NCBI GenBank assembly: GCA_963705105.1
Contig: CAVPIW010000010.1
Location: 64,001-128,000, forward strand
Length of the DNA stretch: 64,000 nt
Direction: 5' to 3'
Source: an uncultured Nitrospiraceae bacterium
GTDB lineage: Bacteria > Nitrospirota > Thermodesulfovibrionia > Thermodesulfovibrionales > Dissulfurispiraceae
In this document: piece by piece, positions 23,308 to 33,989 of the stretch
Layout of the letters: the number at the start of each line of letters is the position of its first letter
Numbering within the stretch: the first letter of the stretch is position 1
The notes under the pieces: model-generated
The model's input: the letters and a program-made list of their open reading frames with translations, nothing else
What the model was told of the DNA's origin: nothing
Database searches by the model: none
Program-made: the position numbers and the translations under genes

Positions 23308-23353
23308 TGTGCAAGACCTCCTTCCGGGTGGGCCGATGGCCCCAACCGAATAA

Positions 23354-23380
23354 TTAGCACTCTCATTCATCGAGTGCTAA
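23354..23380. promoter_or_regulatory. CIRCE operator (HrcA binding site)
   Basis: Perfect TTAGCACTC-N9-GAGTGCTAA upstream of the Hsp20 operon. Confidence 0.97.
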
Positions 23381-23383
23381 TTC

Positions 23384-23412
23384 TTTATAAAACATTCTTC
23401 AGAAAATGTCAA
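23384..23412 (-). promoter_or_regulatory. Sigma-70 promoter of the Hsp20 operon
   Basis: Minus strand TTGACA-N17-TATAAA directly upstream of CIRCE. Confidence 0.85.
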
Positions 23413-23464
23413 GAGGTTTGATTTGAATCATATCAAGAAAGCCTTCCCGTCAGGGAGTTCGTGG

Positions 23465-23509
23465 CCCCCTTTCGGCCGGCTATTCCTGAAGGCGTATGCG
23501 ACGATAAGG
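23465..23509. repeat. Partial E1 left arm (reverse)
   Basis: ggcgtatgcgacgataagg matches 37234-37252. Confidence 0.6.
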
Positions 23510-23564
23510 GACAATATTGGAGAACTGCGAAAGGCGTGAGATGCGCAATGACGGGCTGCCCGGT

Positions 23565-23951
23565 CTATTCCAGCGCTTTTGCAGCGGTGACGAAATACTC
23601 CGTTTCGCCGAAACAGTTTGTGGGGATGCCTTTGTGCTGCTCGTATGAGAGAACGACGCGCCTGCCTGCCAACTGGTTGAGCTGCTTCACCACAGCATCG
23701 TCGCGGACGCTGAAATAGAACTTCTCAGGCGTGGTGCCGGGAATAGCCACCATCAGGAGTTCTCCTTCCCAGGTCTTGCAGACCCAGCCCTTTTCCGAGA
23801 ACTTCTGGATATATCCCGCCCGTTCACCCCTCGAATAACTCCATGTCAGGGCGAACCACGTATACGCGACAGCGAGCAGCACGGGAACGATCAGGATGCC
23901 GACGGCGAGAAAAATCCAGCGTGATTTTCTTGTTTCCTGCGACCCTTCCAT
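23565..23951 (-). CDS. Membrane-anchored hypothetical protein
   Basis: N-terminal TM helix, YSRGERAGYIQKFSEKGWVCKTWEGEL. Confidence 0.8.
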   Translation of the reverse strand: MEGSQETRKSRWIFLAVGILIVPVLLAVAYTWFALTWSYSRGERAGYIQKFSEKGWVCKTWEGELLMVAIPGTTPEKFYFSVRDDAVVKQLNQLAGRRVVLSYEQHKGIPTNCFGETEYFVTAAKALE

Positions 23952-24187
23952 GGGTGAAATTATACCACAAAAAACCTGGACTTATGCCCACGCTGACATA
24001 AGTGATCAGGTCATGACTCTGCGCATACGAAAAAAAAGAGCCGTCATAGAATGTGCCGATTCGACATAGGGATGACTATACTCACTGATTTATTCTCATT
24101 TCTTCCCTGTCAAAAAATAGCAGTCATGACTCAACAATCAAGTATGATGCCCCCGGAATTCCAGAATTCTGGCACCGCTACGCCATA

Positions 24188-25583
24188 TATGATAACGTTC
24201 AGGACATCGTTAACTGTTTTTACGTTCAAGACATCGTTTACTCTCGTTCTTTGACATTGAAATAGCCACAGCCAGGTATATCATGAACACCCAATTCTTT
24301 TGCGGAGGTGTTCATGAAGAAGAATATCCTGCAGCAGAGAGTATTAGCAGTACGACGATACATAGAGGGCGAAAGTCCGCGAGACATCTGCTCTTCATTG
24401 GGAAAGACGAAGCCGTGGTTGTACAAATGGGTTGCACGGTACATTCCGGATGATCCGACATGGTTTGAAGATTGGTCCCGGCGACCTTTTACCAGCCCCA
24501 CACATACTCCTGAGGAGATCGAAAAGATCGCAGAGATGGTTCGGTTGAGCCTGTACAATAAAGGCGTCTTTTGCGGTAATCAGGCCATCCAGTGGGAGAT
24601 GATCGACATGGAGATCCAACCGCTCCCTTCCCTGAGCACCATCGGTCGTATCTTGCGCCGACTCGAATTGACTCATCGACGGACCGGGAGATATGAGCCC
24701 AAGGGGAAGAAGTATCCCGAACTTCCGGCGCTTTTGCCCAATCAAACGCACCAAGTTGATCTGGTTGGTCCCTGTTACCTTACCGGCCCAATCAAGTTCT
24801 GCAGCCTACATGCCGTTGATGCCGCAATCAACCGGTGTGGGATCGAGCCGATACCTTCACGCGCGGCGCAAAGCGTTGTGGATGCTGTTTACGCAATTTG
24901 GCTGCGGATGGGAATCCCGGAGAATCTTCAAGTGGACAACGAATGGGCCTTCTTTGGAAGTCCGGCGCACCCGCGAGGCATGGGTGCGCTTATTCGCCTT
25001 TGCCTGCGCTACGGCGTTCACCTCTGGTTCATTCCACCTTCGGAGCCATGGAGGAACGGGGTCGTCGAGAAATTCAATGATCATTATGAGCAGAAGTTTC
25101 TCGCCAAGGTCATGATGACCTCTAGGGAACAGCTTGACCAGGAATCGCTTGCGTTCGAGTATATGCACAACAGCACCTATCGCTATAGCAAGATCAAGGG
25201 AAAAACTCCTCTCAAAGCATTGGCTGACACAGAAAGGAAATTAATCTTCCCGAGCAAGAGTGATACCCCAAGAAATCCCTTGGATAAGCCGGAAGAGGGT
25301 TACTACCACTTCGTGCGATTCATTCGAAGCGATTGCCGGCTAAACATCTTCGGCGAAATGTTTCCTATTCCCCCGGAGACCCAGTACGAATACGACGTGG
25401 CTACTGTCGATGTCAAAGATCAAAAGCTGAAGCTCTTCCTGGACAGGCCCCAGGTCGAAGAATACAAATAGCAACTGCTGACTCATGATAAAGGTCACGG
25501 GCATCGTGAAATGCATCGCCCCAACGAGAGTAAACGATGTCCTGACCATTTCTTAAGCAAACGATGTCCTGAACGTTGTCACA
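24188..25583 (+). mobile_element. IS481-like insertion sequence
   Basis: Long imperfect TIRs with internal repeated units (tatgataacgttcaggacatcgtt...aagacatcgtttactctcgtt / aacgagagtaaacgatgtcc...aacgatgtcctgaacgttgtcaca); right end ACA. Confidence 0.8.
24314..25471 (+). CDS. DDE integrase-core (rve) transposase
   Basis: N-terminal HTH (WLYKWVARY), HQVDL, LQVDNE, WRNGVVEKFN. Confidence 0.88.
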   Translation: MKKNILQQRVLAVRRYIEGESPRDICSSLGKTKPWLYKWVARYIPDDPTWFEDWSRRPFTSPTHTPEEIEKIAEMVRLSLYNKGVFCGNQAIQWEMIDMEIQPLPSLSTIGRILRRLELTHRRTGRYEPKGKKYPELPALLPNQTHQVDLVGPCYLTGPIKFCSLHAVDAAINRCGIEPIPSRAAQSVVDAVYAIWLRMGIPENLQVDNEWAFFGSPAHPRGMGALIRLCLRYGVHLWFIPPSEPWRNGVVEKFNDHYEQKFLAKVMMTSREQLDQESLAFEYMHNSTYRYSKIKGKTPLKALADTERKLIFPSKSDTPRNPLDKPEEGYYHFVRFIRSDCRLNIFGEMFPIPPETQYEYDVATVDVKDQKLKLFLDRPQVEEYK

Positions 25584-26733
25584 TATAAGCTTCGCCAGTC
25601 AGCAATAGTGAGGCTATCTCGGGTTTAGAACTGCGCAAATCATTGAGCGAAGTAATGTAGCGTTTTGGCTCTGCCTGTGGAATTGCGATCCCATAATTGT
25701 TTTCAGACGTGGGAGGTCTCACCTCAAAACAAGCCAAACCAACCCCTAACGTTATTAGTTTACTGCCCAGAGGGGTTACTACAAGTCGACACCCACCAAG
25801 CATGTTTAAGCTATCGCGGTAGCGACACATCGCCGAATACATCTGACGATAAGCCTCAAAGGGATTGTTTTCATGAGCATAGAGAATGTTAGTTGTCGGC
25901 ACCTTTCTCACCCCAAACAAAGGACGCATGTATTCCACCAGCAGTTTATCGCCTCTTCTCAGGTCATTGGAAGGATGCGGAACTACCGGGCATATTTCAG
26001 CAGTGTCAGGGATTACTGATACCATCACCTTTTCGAACTGACCCATACGATTTTCACCAAGAATGGGAAACCAAACAAGAGGCCAGTCTTGCATGCTCTC
26101 CGAATACAGAGCACTTGAATATCCAGGGATGAGCACCAGATCGTTGCTGGGATCGTCAGATTGTATACGCCCATCGAGCGAAGCATCTTGTCCAACAAGT
26201 ACTTGAAAGTTAATCCCCTTGGCCCCTAAGGCATCCGGAGTCTTAATAGGCATAACTTTGTGAAGAATGGCGGTCAAAAGAGTTAGATAAACGGTTCGTG
26301 GCAGAGAACTGACATCTAAGATAATGTCAGTCTGATCACCAACGTGCGACAACACTTTCATCATTCCAATCGAAAGTATGTTACTTGCACTAAGATCAGT
26401 TTCCTCGACCAGGGATGAGTCAAAACTGATTTCATGCACTGAGCCGATTTCCCGGAAAAGCTGTTGAATTTCTCGAGCGTTCTGCTCGGTCTGCTCAATG
26501 AGGGCATCGTCGAGTTCGTATCCTGTGAGGCCGACCAACAACAATCGAGCCTCCTCAACCTTGTGGCCGTTTGAGCGCATGTTTTGTAAAAACTCAGATA
26601 GCACTTTCTGAGCCCTCACGTCGAATCCTCGTCCACAGATGTACAACAAGCGAATAACACGATCTCTGAACAGGTCGTCCCACAGATCGTGTACGCTGTC
26701 ACCCATCCTAAAGACGTAATTCTTCCAGAGCAT
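25579..26733 (-). CDS. Uncharacterised alpha/beta protein, last gene of the putative conflict operon
   Basis: Starts 2 nt after the ATPase stop; IILDVSSLPR and VVTPLGSK motifs; stop codon overlaps the IS end. Confidence 0.75.
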   Translation of the reverse strand: MLWKNYVFRMGDSVHDLWDDLFRDRVIRLLYICGRGFDVRAQKVLSEFLQNMRSNGHKVEEARLLLVGLTGYELDDALIEQTEQNAREIQQLFREIGSVHEISFDSSLVEETDLSASNILSIGMMKVLSHVGDQTDIILDVSSLPRTVYLTLLTAILHKVMPIKTPDALGAKGINFQVLVGQDASLDGRIQSDDPSNDLVLIPGYSSALYSESMQDWPLVWFPILGENRMGQFEKVMVSVIPDTAEICPVVPHPSNDLRRGDKLLVEYMRPLFGVRKVPTTNILYAHENNPFEAYRQMYSAMCRYRDSLNMLGGCRLVVTPLGSKLITLGVGLACFEVRPPTSENNYGIAIPQAEPKRYITSLNDLRSSKPEIASLLLTGEAYM

Positions 26734-26735
26734 TC

Positions 26736-28661
26736 TTACTTCGCCTCCATTGTTTTGAAGCGAGGTGGCGCCTGCCGACCCTGTCGCATCCACTCAACTA
26801 TGTCTTCATTTCTCACATCCTGCCATCCTCCCATCTGCAACGGTAGCCCATAGTAGCTGCACAAAGTCCGATTCAGATAGAAAACAACTCCGCTCTCGCG
26901 GGAGGCCGACGCCGCGCTGTCGCGTTGAACCAGTAGATTCTCCGCAATGCATTCAGACAGCACATTTAAGAGGAGCTGATATTGTTCTGCCATCGGTCCA
27001 TTGGAAGAGCGCAATTCCTCAATCTTGCCATGAGATAGTCTTATGCCAGTGATTCCAGGAGCGTAAGGAGCATTCGGCAAAAACGTCCTTTCACGGCAGA
27101 ACATCCCAATACCGTCCAGAAGTCGTTGAGCTCTTGTCCCTTGTGTATGTGACCTGGGAATATAATCCCTCTTTCGCTTTGCCGCATCTTTCAGAAGTTT
27201 CTCTTGCTCATAAGTTGACAGTACAAGTTCCGAACGCCTTAGCAACTGCTTTGCCTGCAACCCTTCGTATAGGGCCGCTGCAAGTCCAAGCAATTCTTCG
27301 ACGTTGTTAGTCGCCATCATACATAACCTCTCGATACCAAAATAGTAAGGAATTTTGAGGTCGTCATTCATGAAGATTTCTGCCGCGCCTTGCACTTGGG
27401 AACTGTCGCGCTCTTCGAGCTCTTCAGATGAAAGGGGAACTAAGGACAACTGCCGTTTCGCCTCATTACGAGCGATAAGGATTCGCGTCGTATAAAGCTC
27501 CACCAATGCATCGAGGTCACTCTTAGCTGCGTAGCTATCTGCCTTGTTAAACCATTCTACATACTGCGTATCGGACCGATAGCGTTCTGTGATCTCATAA
27601 AACTATGCTATGCCTTGCTGGATCTCTCGACGAATCTCGTCATGCTGCAATTGCGAACGGAGGTATTGCGAAAAATTGCCCGAGGGAATCACATCTTGCG
27701 CAGCCAACCGCCTATCGAGGATATTCTGTGCGAAGGAGGCAAACTGATGCAGCCCTCGCATCGAGGTCCATAATTCCTCCAGATCGATCTCATTGGAGTC
27801 ACGACCATCTCGAGTGCCCTGCGACAACAATTCGATGCCCAGTGCGTTTCTTCGCTCAGCGATCCACACCGGAATACTTGGTCTTGATTCGATCAATTCT
27901 TGAATCAATAATGCCCTTTGGTTCCGGCGCAGTTTGTGTAAATCGTCTATCATGAGCAGTCTCTGAGGAGCTAGCATTTTCCCATCTCTAATAAATCTAA
28001 CTCCCTGGAGCCATAACAAGCTCTCAAATCGCACATGGGCTGGCATTTCACGCGATGTCGGTCCAGGAATTGCATCCAAATGGGCGTATACTTCTCGCTC
28101 ATATTGCTCAGCCCAAAGAGCGAGTTCACTTGCGGTATCTACTAACGGAATGGATTTAATGTCAATAGCCGCTCCGTCGTACTCAAGTTGGATGCCGTCG
28201 AGTTGGTCTACAGAAGAAAAGCCAACAAACAAAGATAAAGACCTTAAGGTGCGAAGCACAACCCGACAATCAAGCAATGCCCGAAAAAGCCCAGCTTGAG
28301 AAAAAGCTGCTCCAGGTGGCAAATCAGCGTATCCAGAGGCACAGGATAGAAGCACTCCCAATAGCTGCGGTCCTTCACCTTCACTTAACACACCTCGAGC
28401 AACGAGGCGTTGATACGATTCGTTCATTTCTGAGGATTTGCGCGCGTTCCAGAAAGCGCGCAGAGCCATAGGGGTGAAAGCGCGCAACAGGGTCGTCTTG
28501 CCAGCGACCGGGGAACTCCTGAAGATGTGAACGGCACCTTTGAATACTTCTTCGGGTAGTTTTTCAAGGATCTTCGGAGAAAAGAGACGTACAAATTCTT
28601 GATAGGAAGTGGTACGTTCGGACATACGATCTAAAAAGGGATTCGCCTGATACCTCATCAA
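26736..28661 (-). pseudogene. P-loop ATPase (ORC/CDC6- or STAND-like), with one in-frame TAG
   Basis: Walker A-like SSPVAGKTT, Walker B LLMIDD; ORFs 27603..28661 and 26736..27506 are in the same frame, separated only by TAG at 27603-27605. Confidence 0.8.
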
Positions 28662-29764
28662 AACTCCCTGTGTCGACTCACTCTGGGGAATAGGCCATGG
28701 AAGCGAAGAAACTCAGGCCCCCACAAAAGGTAAACCGAATTATTAGGAGTGTTGTGAGAAAGGACTAACGGAAGAGAGCATTTCGCAAATCCCCAGCGGG
28801 CATCAGTAGTTCCTCCAACGAGAATGTGTTTGTCAGAAGCTTTGTCATCGTAATAATTCGGATGAAGAATAATCTCTTCTAACTGGGGGACTGTTTCTCC
28901 TGTAAGGGCAGTTTCGGGTTCAATCGGACATAGCACCCTAAGCTGAAGAGGCTTGTAACCGTTCGGAGAAGTGAATTGCTCAGCCCAATACTCGATATGG
29001 TCCACCGCCTGACGCGTTGCAACATACAAAAGGAGAAATACCTCATAATGCGACGTATCGATCAAATCCCCACGATGCAATCTCTCATATATTTTCTTGA
29101 TATTGCCTTTGAATTTCTTCTCAGCGCTGTCAAAACGAATATACGTATAACCACTGCCGGAGAAATCATCAAGCAGCCAAATCATGTTGAAGCGTGGTTT
29201 GTTCGTTGAAAACCCAGCCTTTCCCAGAGTTTCCCCTAACTCTCGGGTCATGTCGCTCGCCTTTTCCTCGCCCAGTTCGTATGCTTGCCAGATCTGCTCA
29301 TTGCCGATGTCTCCTTCACTGGCACGACGGAGCTCATTTGTTCTCGCGCCATCACTAAGCCCCAGATATAGAGATTTTATGCTCAGTTCCGCGAACCGCC
29401 GCCCATGAACGATCGTTCCGATGCGATGGGGTGGTATATACATCTCCTCCGCGACGAGACGTATACGCTCCTGAAGAATCCAGTCTGGATATGCAGTCTG
29501 TACAAGGTGTGATAATTCCGCTGCGGAGATATAAATCAACCGATCCGTTACAAGATGCAGAGCTGTGGAGCGGTGCACACGGTCAAACTGATTGATCCAA
29601 TGCGACAGGCTTTCAATGAATCTTTTCACTGGGGCAAATTGCTCGTAATGGTCGTATTTGTAATCAGCCAACAACTGCAATTGAGGGATGTGCTCACTGA
29701 CGATCTCGGGATCATCACAGCTCATAACTTTAGCCAGCAGCGCTTGAGCATTTTGATCTTTCAT
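28658..29764 (-). CDS. Phosphoribosyltransferase-fold protein (PRTase conflict-effector-like)
   Basis: PRPP-binding loop IWLLDDFSGSGYT; C-terminal LVLSHNTPNNS and LFPR; 4-nt overlaps with both neighbours. Confidence 0.75.
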   Translation of the reverse strand: MKDQNAQALLAKVMSCDDPEIVSEHIPQLQLLADYKYDHYEQFAPVKRFIESLSHWINQFDRVHRSTALHLVTDRLIYISAAELSHLVQTAYPDWILQERIRLVAEEMYIPPHRIGTIVHGRRFAELSIKSLYLGLSDGARTNELRRASEGDIGNEQIWQAYELGEEKASDMTRELGETLGKAGFSTNKPRFNMIWLLDDFSGSGYTYIRFDSAEKKFKGNIKKIYERLHRGDLIDTSHYEVFLLLYVATRQAVDHIEYWAEQFTSPNGYKPLQLRVLCPIEPETALTGETVPQLEEIILHPNYYDDKASDKHILVGGTTDARWGFAKCSLPLVLSHNTPNNSVYLLWGPEFLRFHGLFPRVSRHREF

Positions 29765-31733
29765 AGTGGAGTACCGACTTCTTCTCTCTTATAGTCTGTC
29801 AGACGGAGATAAAAAGAATTTTTATCTGTTGTAAATAAGCGTGTCAAATACCATAGAGTCGCGTCTACGTCTCGTTTATGAGGCGGGGCGAGCTTCCACT
29901 CACGGTCGATACTTAGAGATGGCACATCGACGCTCAAGGAGTACCGGTGCTCAAGCAGCGTTGAATCGTTTCCGGGCCAGGCACCCTGATCACCCATAGT
30001 CAAAATTTGATCCGGTTTAACTCTGAATTATTGAATGATTACCGTTATCAAGCGAGATTTGCTGATGTCTCTGGCTAATATGTCAATTGAATGCTTACTA
30101 AGCACCATCCTCGAAAAATCCAAACCCGCCTTGCGAAGTGCATCAGCTAACACAAACCACATGCTTTCGGTATTAATTCCTTCTTGAAACCGTATACTGA
30201 CTTGATAAGGTTGAGTCGGCTTGATTGTATCGATCGGGACCCCGAATGCTTGGAGCCCCCCCACGATTCGCACAGCATGGCTAAGGAATTCGCTTGTTTC
30301 TGTTCCTTCCGGCTGAGGCCTGCCAATATCCGATATCAGACCACAGCTATAAAGTCCCAGCCTAAATCTACTCCACAACGTCTGCGGCAGGAGTCTTGAC
30401 AGATGTTCCCGGATTGACCTTCCTCTGCCTGACGCTATGCTGATAATAATTCCTGCTTCGGCGAGCCGAATAAGTTGTTTAAGAACTGCGTCGGTCGGTG
30501 AAACATCCTTTCGCTGAGAACTGCATAGCGTCCCATCATAGTCAAATACGATAGCTTTGAACTCCTGTCGCTCAAGTGCTATTTTGTAAGCGTCGAGTTT
30601 ACGCTTCATGAAACCTTGTCGAAGAGTGGAAGGCCATCGTGCACCGAGAACCGCGTACTTCAAGTATTCGCGCTGGTCCAAAGTAACGGCACCGACACTA
30701 GTTTCTGAAGATCGGCATAATATAGATCCCTCCCAAATTGAGGGACGACTGGGTTCCCCGGGTCAACGTTCAGTTCTTTAGCTATATTCGCAACAAGGTG
30801 CATCTGTGCTACCAACCCCGCGATCAAATCCCACGGAGCGCTGCCTCCCGTATGCATGGTAAAGGTTGGCACTTCCGATGGCAGAATACGTTGCATATGT
30901 GACCACAGATCAGCCATAGATGGGTCAGTGAGAGCCAGGATAGCACAATCTGCAGGCCGAGTTGCTAACCAAAGATGGCGGCCGTGGGCAAATGAGCGAA
31001 TATCGGCTACTTGACAGTGCAGAAGCGCCGACTCAGCAAGCTTCGACTCAAGGTCTGCCGCGATTGCCCTCATAAAAGGTGAATAGATAATAATGATGTT
31101 CTCTCTTTTTGCGACTTCTTTGACAAACTCGTCAGCATGTTTGAGCCATTCAGTAATTTGTAACCCCGAGAGGGTGACTTGATTCAAATTATCAGGAAAT
31201 TGCTTCTTCTTCTGATCCAGTTCTCCATAGGCCCGGGCGACTACCACAGCATTCAACAATAGGCTGTTAGTTGCCAGATAACCATCTTTCTGAGCGAGCT
31301 TGAAATAATGAGTAGTGACATCGGTGAGGCTTTCAATACTTGCGACTAATGGGCTATTTTCTTGGTTTGTTATAACATGAATGCTGCGTGCACTGTGTCG
31401 TCTGGCTCTAAGCAACGCCTCTATGATGTCAGGGTTTTTCTCTTCGGCGGAGACCAAAAATACAGGGCTTGTTGCCGCCAGCGTGGGATTGCATATGATC
31501 TCAAGCGGCGTTGATGGTCTTGAAACCCTACCTGTATACGATTCGTGGAGATTACAAAGCAGCGATGCGATCGTGAAGGAACCGCCTGATCCCACGCCAA
31601 TAACGCTCAGGCCGCTCGCTCCGGCAATCGCTTTCTTGAGCAAGCTAACATCTGCCTCAAGCGCTGCGGAGTATGTTTCTCCTATCACCTCAAGTTCATT
31701 CTCATAGTGGTTTCTCGATCTTGGCAGCTGCAT
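29761..31733 (-). pseudogene. SIS (sugar isomerase) domain - HAD hydrolase fusion with a frameshift (~30685) and an in-frame TAA (30028)
   Basis: GVGSGGS and FAHGRHLW (SIS); FDYDGTL, ASGRG, MGDQGAWPGND (HAD motifs I, II, IV). Confidence 0.8.
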
Positions 31734-31746
31734 AAGTCCCGTGTCG

Positions 31747-32358
31747 CTACCTATTGGCGCTAACGGCCTCTTGTGATATCATTTTTCTACAATTATTAAT
31801 TGTACGCTGTATGGGCCTGTTTTTAGAAGGGGTTCCTTTCCGCAACTCCGCTCGCAATTCCATCAGTAGAATGCCCAACATGTTCTGGCCCTTTCCGTTC
31901 ACCTCACCCCATATCCGGTTAATGGAATTGTCCACCGTGCCAGCCTCGACGAGCCGTGCATCTCGAGTTGAAAGTAGCAATTCGCATAGGTCGTCGTGTT
32001 GCGTAAATTTGGCGTAAAGAACTTGCCGCATCCGCTCAAATTTTATAGCAGCTCAATTGTGGACGATCTCCCAAGTATAGAGTCCGTGGGCTGCCATAGC
32101 CACCAAGGAAGGGGAAGGAGCGCTCAATATCCATTCCCTTACCGAATCCTTTCGTGCTTTTCCTGCCTGGTAAGCGTGCTCAGCCGAAGGATAAATCCGG
32201 CCTTCAAAAAAAATATTTCTGCGATAGAGATTGCTCAAAGCACCATAGGGTTTTTCATTTGCCCTATAAAAGTGAATCTCAGAAATTTCGTCCCCAGGTG
32301 AGGCGATGTGATTGCTGTTCAATGATGTTCCAGTTAACCTAACGATGTTCCTTTTCAT
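31747..32358 (-). pseudogene. NADAR (YbiA-like) family protein with an in-frame TGA
   Basis: PYGALSNLY, YPSAEHAYQAGK, N*AAIKFERMRQVLYAKFTQH, LVEA, WG, GQNMLGILLMELR; TGA at 32053-32055 where Trp is expected. Confidence 0.88.
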
Positions 32359-32552
32359 ATTTTGGTCTCCCTTTCAGACGGTTGCTTAGGTTGGATCCCT
32401 ATCTGTTCACAATATTTTAGGACAAGAACCTCGATTAAACTGGTTACGCTTCGCCGTTCATGTTTTGCGGCGAGTTCCGCAAACCTCTTTACCATCGGTT
32501 CAACACGAAGTGTCATGACAGCCGTTTTAATTCTTGGCTTTCCGCGCGGCAT
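32355..32552 (-). CDS. Small ribbon-helix-helix (CopG/DUF1778-like) regulator
   Basis: KTAVMTLRVEP.VK..AELAA..ERRSVTSLIEVL; ATGA overlap with NADAR. Confidence 0.75.
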   Translation of the reverse strand: MPRGKPRIKTAVMTLRVEPMVKRFAELAAKHERRSVTSLIEVLVLKYCEQIGIQPKQPSERETKI

Positions 32553-32739
32553 TTATAATTTCTCCAAATATGTACTGCACTAAGTAATATATATTCTATA
32601 TTCATACTATTATTTATACTGCATTTTTATATCCATTCTGTCAAGAGTCTTCGTCTCCCGTTAAATTGCATGATTGCAATCTATTGGAAGAGACGGACAC
32701 TGGTTGAGGCCACGGCAAGAACTCTCATTTTGAGCGGTC

Positions 32740-33989
32740 TTATAATGGCAGCAGGAGCCCCACGATCGCCCCTGCCATGCAGGTGGAGAGTGTTCCCACG
32801 ATGATGGACCTGATCCCGAGTGAGACTATTTCGTCCCGCCTCTCGGGCACCATGCCGCCCATCCCGCCGATCATGATCCCGAGGCTGCCGAAGTTGGCGA
32901 AACCGCAGAGGGCATAGGTCATGATCACCCTGCTTCTCGGGCTCAACGTGCCTTCCGGCAGTCCGGCGAGGTCGAGATAGGCGATGAATTCATTCAGGAC
33001 GGTCTTTGTCCCCATCAGTGCGCCTGCTGCCTGCGCCTCCTGCCAGGGGATGCCGATGAGCCAGACGACGGGCGCCATGACCATGCCGAGTACCCGCTGG
33101 AGGGTCACGGGACGGCCGCCGATCTCAGGCAGCAGGGTCAGCATTTGGTTGGCGAGGCTCACGAGGGCCACGAGGACGATGAGCATTGCGATGATGTTGA
33201 TCAGGAGATGGATACCTTCCATCGTGCCTTTTGTGATTGCATCCATCGTGCTCGTTGCGGTCTGCGGGGGGACGAGTTTTCCCGAGGTGACGCTCCCCGT
33301 CCCGGGTATGAGGATCTGGGACAACATGATTGCGGCCGGTATGGTTATGATCGACGCCGTGAGGATATGCCCCATCGCATCGGGGATGACGGCCCTCAGA
33401 ACGCTCGCATAGAGCACCATAACCGTGCCGGCTATGCCCGCCATGCCGCAGGTCATGGTGACAAACAACTCGCTTCTCGTCAATTCCTTCAGGTATGGAC
33501 GAATAAAGAGAGGCGCCTCGATCATCCCGAGAAAGACATTGGCCGCCGCCCCGAGGCCGACGGCGCCGCCCACGCCCATGGTCTTTTGGAGCGCCCAGGA
33601 AAAGGCCCTGACGATGACGGGGAGATGCGCCAGTAAAAGAGGAGAGAGGAGAGGGCGCTCACCACCAGGACGAGCGGGAGGGCCTGGAAGGCGAAGAGGA
33701 AGCTTGACACTTCAGGCTTCACCTCGAAGGGAAGGGCGCCGCCTCCCAGATAACCGAAGACGAAAGACGTGCCCGCTTTCGTGGCCTCTTCGAGTGACAT
33801 GACCATGCCGTTCAGCAGGTGGAAGAGCTCTTTGAAGAGAGGGAGCCTGAGCATGAGGAAGGCGAAGATGAACTGCACCGCGAGACCCGCGAGGATTCCT
33901 CTCACCCTGACGCCCCGTCTGTTCTCGCTCAAAAGCCAGGTGACGGAGATAAGCACCACGATGCCGAATATGGTCTGCGCGATGATCAT
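32740..33989 (-). pseudogene. nupC: Concentrative nucleoside transporter (NupC/CNT), 1-nt deletion near 33625
   Basis: GTSFVFG, AANVFLGMIEAPL, MAGIAGTV, KTVLNEFIAY, YALCGFANFGS; two overlapping frames. Confidence 0.88.

Noticed and set aside
26736..32358. Stop-codon recoding or an alternative genetic code in the island
   Set aside because: Three different stop codons plus a frameshift are involved, and neighbouring genes use all stops normally; decay or error is simpler
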